This document shows positions 55,999 through 64,000 of a stretch of 64,000 nt of DNA, piece by piece. A model generated the notes under the pieces. The model saw only the letters and a program-made list of their open reading frames with translations. It ran no database searches and had not been told where the DNA came from. Source of the stretch: Escherichia phage Ec_MI-02; the sequence record OP856590.1; one strand, written 5' to 3'. Each line of letters starts with the position of its first letter. Position 1 is the stretch's first letter. Position numbers and translations under genes: made by a program.

Positions 55999-57545
55999 GT
56001 AACAATACATATCAGCACGTATCAAATGAATCAAAATATGTTAAATTCGATCCAGTAGGATCGAATTTTCCTGACACTGTCACGACAGTGCAGTCTGCAT
56101 TATCAAAAATAAGTAATATTGGCGTAAATGGTATTCCTGATGCAACTATGGAAGTTAAAGGAATAGCAATGATTGCGTCAGAGCAAGAGGTTTTAGATGG
56201 AACTAATAATTCTAAAATCGTTACACCGGCTACATTAGCAACAAGATTATTGTATCCAAATGCTACTGAAACTAAATATGGTTTAACGCGCTATTCAACA
56301 AATGAAGAAACTTTAGAAGGCTCAGATAATAATTCGTCGATAACTCCACAAAAATTGAAATACCATACTGACGATGTATTCCAAAACAGGTATTCATCTG
56401 AATCATCAAATGGAGTTATTAAAATATCATCTACACCTGCGGCTTTGGCTGGTGTAGATGATACTACGGCAATGACTCCATTAAAAACCCAAAAACTTGC
56501 AATAAAATTAATTTCACAAATAGCTCCTTCAGAAGACACAGCATCAGAATCTGTTAGAGGTGTAGTTCAGTTATCAACTGTCGCTCAAACTCGCCAAGGA
56601 ACTCTTCGCGAAGGATATGCAATTTCCCCATATACCTTTATGAATTCTGTTGCAACACAAGAATATAAGGGTGTTATACGTTTAGGAACGCAGTCGGAAA
56701 TTAACAGTAATTTGGGAGATGTTGCAGTAACAGGCGAAACATTAAATGGTCGAGGAGCTACTGGTTCTATGCGCGGTGTAGTAAAATTAACGACGCAAGC
56801 CGGTATTGCCCCCGAGGGTGATGGCTCTGGAGCATTAGCATGGAACGCAGATGTAATTAATACACGCGGTGGACAAACTATTAATGGTTCTTTAAATTTA
56901 GACCATCTTACAGCAAATGGAATTTGGTCGCGCGGTGGTATGTGGAAAAATGGCGATCAACCTGTTGCCACTGAAAGATATGCGTCCGAAAGGGTTCCAG
57001 TTGGAACTATTATGATGTTTGCGGGTGATTCAGCACCTCCTGGTTGGATTATGTGCCACGGTGGAACAGTGTCAGGAGATCAATATCCTGATTATAGAAA
57101 CACAGTTGGAACAAGATTTGGTGGTGATTGGAATAACCCTGGCATTCCTGATATGCGAGGTCTTTTCGTCAGAGGAGCTGGCACGGGCGGTCATATTTTA
57201 AATCAACGAGGACAAGATGGCTATGGGAAGGATAGACTTGGCGTAGGATGTGACGGAATGCATGTTGGCGGTGTTCAAGCACAACAAATGTCATACCATA
57301 AACATGCTGGTGGCTGGGGAGAATACCAAAGACATGAAGCTCCATTTGGCGCGTCCGTTTATCAAGGATATCTTGGAACTAGAAAATATGCCGACTGGGA
57401 TAACGCTTCATACTTCACTAATGATGGATTTGAATTAGGTGGACCGAGAGATGCCCTTGGTACACTTAATCGTGAAGGATTAATTGGTTATGAAACTAGA
57501 CCATGGAATATATCATTAAACTATATTATTAAAATTCATTACTAA
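55995..57545 (+). CDS. 12: Short tail fiber protein gp12
   Basis: 516 aa (T4 gp12 is 527); N-terminal [20 protein letters not shown] and repetitive middle region; C-terminal receptor-binding domain. Confidence 0.92.
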   Translation: MSNNTYQHVSNESKYVKFDPVGSNFPDTVTTVQSALSKISNIGVNGIPDATMEVKGIAMIASEQEVLDGTNNSKIVTPATLATRLLYPNATETKYGLTRYSTNEETLEGSDNNSSITPQKLKYHTDDVFQNRYSSESSNGVIKISSTPAALAGVDDTTAMTPLKTQKLAIKLISQIAPSEDTASESVRGVVQLSTVAQTRQGTLREGYAISPYTFMNSVATQEYKGVIRLGTQSEINSNLGDVAVTGETLNGRGATGSMRGVVKLTTQAGIAPEGDGSGALAWNADVINTRGGQTINGSLNLDHLTANGIWSRGGMWKNGDQPVATERYASERVPVGTIMMFAGDSAPPGWIMCHGGTVSGDQYPDYRNTVGTRFGGDWNNPGIPDMRGLFVRGAGTGGHILNQRGQDGYGKDRLGVGCDGMHVGGVQAQQMSYHKHAGGWGEYQRHEAPFGASVYQGYLGTRKYADWDNASYFTNDGFELGGPRDALGTLNREGLIGYETRPWNISLNYIIKIHY

Positions 57546-57554
57546 GGATTACAA

Positions 57555-59012
57555 ATGATTGAATTAAAAGAGTTACCTTTTGTTGATAGCGTTCCTGGCG
57601 AAGGTCAGGAACGTATTTCATGGATTAAAAATGGTGAAGAAATATTAGGAGCTAGTACTAAGTATGGAAACGATGGGTCAATGAATAGACCAACTGTTTC
57701 CGTGTTTAAAAACGTCGAGGTTCTCGACGAAAATGTAGGAATTCTTAAAACTGCCATTGAAACATCTCAGGAAGATATTAAAACTATTCAAGGCATTTTA
57801 GATGTATCAGGAGATATAGAAGCGCTATCACAGATCAGCGTTAATAAAAATGACATATCAAATTTAAAAACGCTCACAAGTGAACATACTGATATATTAA
57901 ATGGTACAAATACTACGGTTGATAATATTCTTTCTGATATTGGTCCATTTAATTCGCAAGCAAATTCAGTTTATAGAACGATTAGAAATGATTTGCTGTG
58001 GATTAAAAGGGAACTAGGACAATATGCTGGACAAGATATTAATGGTCTTCCTGTTGTAGGAAATAGCAGCACGGGGATGAAGCACCGTATCATTAATAAT
58101 ACAGATGCTATAACTTCCCAAGGAATACGTCTAAGTGATTTGGAAGAAAAATTTATTGAATCTGATGTAGGTTCGCTTACAATCGAAGTAGGAAATCTTA
58201 GACAGGAATTAGGACAAAGACCGCCTTCATTTAGTGAAAGTATATATTCACGTGTGCATAATTTAGATCAATCACAAATTAATCTTAATTCCGAAATTAA
58301 ATCTATCAAAACTTCTATTGGATATCCAGGAAATACTTCAATAATCACAGATGTTAACACTAATACACGAGAAATTTCAGCTTTAACTGATGAGCTAAAT
58401 AAAAGCGGAGGTGTTAAACAGCGATTAACTGTCATTGAAACATCAATTGGCTCAGATGATATTCCTTCTAGTATTAAAGGTAAAATTAAAGATAATACAA
58501 CATCTATTGAGTTTTTAAATGGAATTGTTGGTGAAAACACTTCATCTGGACTACGAGCAAACGTTTCGTGGTTAAACCAAATTGTTGGAACTGATTCTAG
58601 CGGTGGACAACCTTCTCCTCCTGGGTCTCTTTTAAATAGAGTTTCAACAGTTGAAACTTCCGTTAATAGACTGAATAATGATGTTCAAAACTTGCAAGTT
58701 GAAATTGGTAATAACAATTCCGGAATTAAAGGACAGGTTGTAACATTAAATAAATTAGTAAATGGAACAAATCCAAATGGTTCAACTGTCGAAGAACGTG
58801 GATTAACTAATTCAATAAAAGCTAATGAAACTAACATTTCTTCTATTAATCAAGAAATGCGTAGTATTAAAAGTAATGTATCTTCATTACAGGCGGATGT
58901 TCAGACTTTACAGGAAGCAGGTTATATTCCTGAAGCTCCAAAAGATGGTCAAGCTTACGTTCGTAAAGACGGCGAATGGGTATTACTTTCTACCTTTTTA
59001 TCACCAGCATAA
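57555..59012 (+). CDS. wac: Fibritin (whisker antigen control protein)
   Basis: 485 aa (T4 is 487); long coiled-coil repeats; C-terminal foldon [27 protein letters not shown]. Confidence 0.95.
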   Translation: MIELKELPFVDSVPGEGQERISWIKNGEEILGASTKYGNDGSMNRPTVSVFKNVEVLDENVGILKTAIETSQEDIKTIQGILDVSGDIEALSQISVNKNDISNLKTLTSEHTDILNGTNTTVDNILSDIGPFNSQANSVYRTIRNDLLWIKRELGQYAGQDINGLPVVGNSSTGMKHRIINNTDAITSQGIRLSDLEEKFIESDVGSLTIEVGNLRQELGQRPPSFSESIYSRVHNLDQSQINLNSEIKSIKTSIGYPGNTSIITDVNTNTREISALTDELNKSGGVKQRLTVIETSIGSDDIPSSIKGKIKDNTTSIEFLNGIVGENTSSGLRANVSWLNQIVGTDSSGGQPSPPGSLLNRVSTVETSVNRLNNDVQNLQVEIGNNNSGIKGQVVTLNKLVNGTNPNGSTVEERGLTNSIKANETNISSINQEMRSIKSNVSSLQADVQTLQEAGYIPEAPKDGQAYVRKDGEWVLLSTFLSPA

Positions 59013-59015
59013 CAT

Positions 59016-59031
59016 GGGGCCGCAAGGCCCC
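59016..59031 (+). terminator. GNRA stem-loop after wac (possible terminator)
   Basis: GGGGCC-GCAA-GGCCCC four nt after the wac stop; followed by AAAGGAUUUUU rather than an immediate U-tract. Confidence 0.45.
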
Positions 59032-59044
59032 AAAGGATTTTTAA

Positions 59045-60744
<1,700 letters not shown>

Positions 60745-60746
<2 letters not shown>

Positions 60747-60760
60747 TAAATACTATAAAC
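60745..60760 (+). promoter_or_regulatory. Probable late promoter for gene 15 (imperfect box)
   Basis: AATAAATACTATAAAC, the same 16-mer context as the gene 9 promoter (TATAAATACTATAAAC) but with one mismatch in the TATAAATA box. Confidence 0.4.
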
Positions 60761-60787
60761 TAATTAAAGCCCAGATTAGGAGAAATC

Positions 60788-63925
<3,138 letters not shown>

Positions 63926-63957
63926 ATATATTAAAGCATATTAAAGAGGATTAAAAA

Positions 63958-64000
63958 TGACTTTATTATCTCCGGGCATTGAGCTCAAAGAAACTACGGT
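63958..64000 (+). CDS. 18: Tail sheath protein gp18, first 14 codons only
   Basis: ATG at 63958 preceded by AAAGAGGA RBS; MTLLSPGIELKETT matches the T4 gp18 N-terminus as recalled; runs off the window. Confidence 0.8.

Overview
This window is a contiguous segment of a T4-like (T-even, Tequatrovirus-type) myovirus genome. All protein calls rest on recall of T4 protein sequences, motifs and gene order, since no searches could be run; tRNAs were folded by hand. Starts were checked against the sequence, and several ORF-track starts are GTG/TTG codons that I moved to a nearby ATG with a ribosome-binding site.

Layout:
- 1-43349, minus strand: early/middle genes in T4 order — 46 (partial), 47, a-gt, 55, nrdH, nrdG, nrdD, 49, nrdC, a long block of nrdC-downstream hypotheticals, tk, regB, the vs cluster, denV, e, nudE, two tRNA subclusters, 57B, 57A, 1, 3, 2, 4.
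- 43397-64000, plus strand: late structural genes 53, 5, 5.1, 5.4, 6-12, wac, 13-17 and the start of 18.

Regulatory signals are typical of T4: about twelve sigma70-like early promoters (GTTTAC -35, 17-bp spacer, TAcTAT/TATAAT -10), TATAAATA late promoters including a divergent pair between genes 4 and 53, and UUCG/GNRA stem-loop terminators.

Most worth a second look:
- A TARG1/DarG-like macro domain protein (26905-27384), a candidate counter-defence against ADP-ribosylation.
- An accessory island around tk/regB/denV holding an Acb2-like gene, a GrcA-like chimera, a small P-loop protein and several secreted proteins.
- Acb1 (57B) with its two HxT motifs.
- A nucleotidyltransferase plus P-loop ATPase gene pair.
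- Three capsid-targeting-sequence (internal-protein-like) genes at different positions from T4.
- Three endonuclease-like insertions: GIY-YIG between a-gt and 47, HNH between nrdD and nrdG with a duplicated nrdG 5' end, and an HNH-like ORF splitting the tRNA cluster.
- A tRNA set that differs from T4 (Tyr and Asn present, Thr absent), and several tandem paralog arrays.

No CRISPR array, rRNA or integrase was seen.
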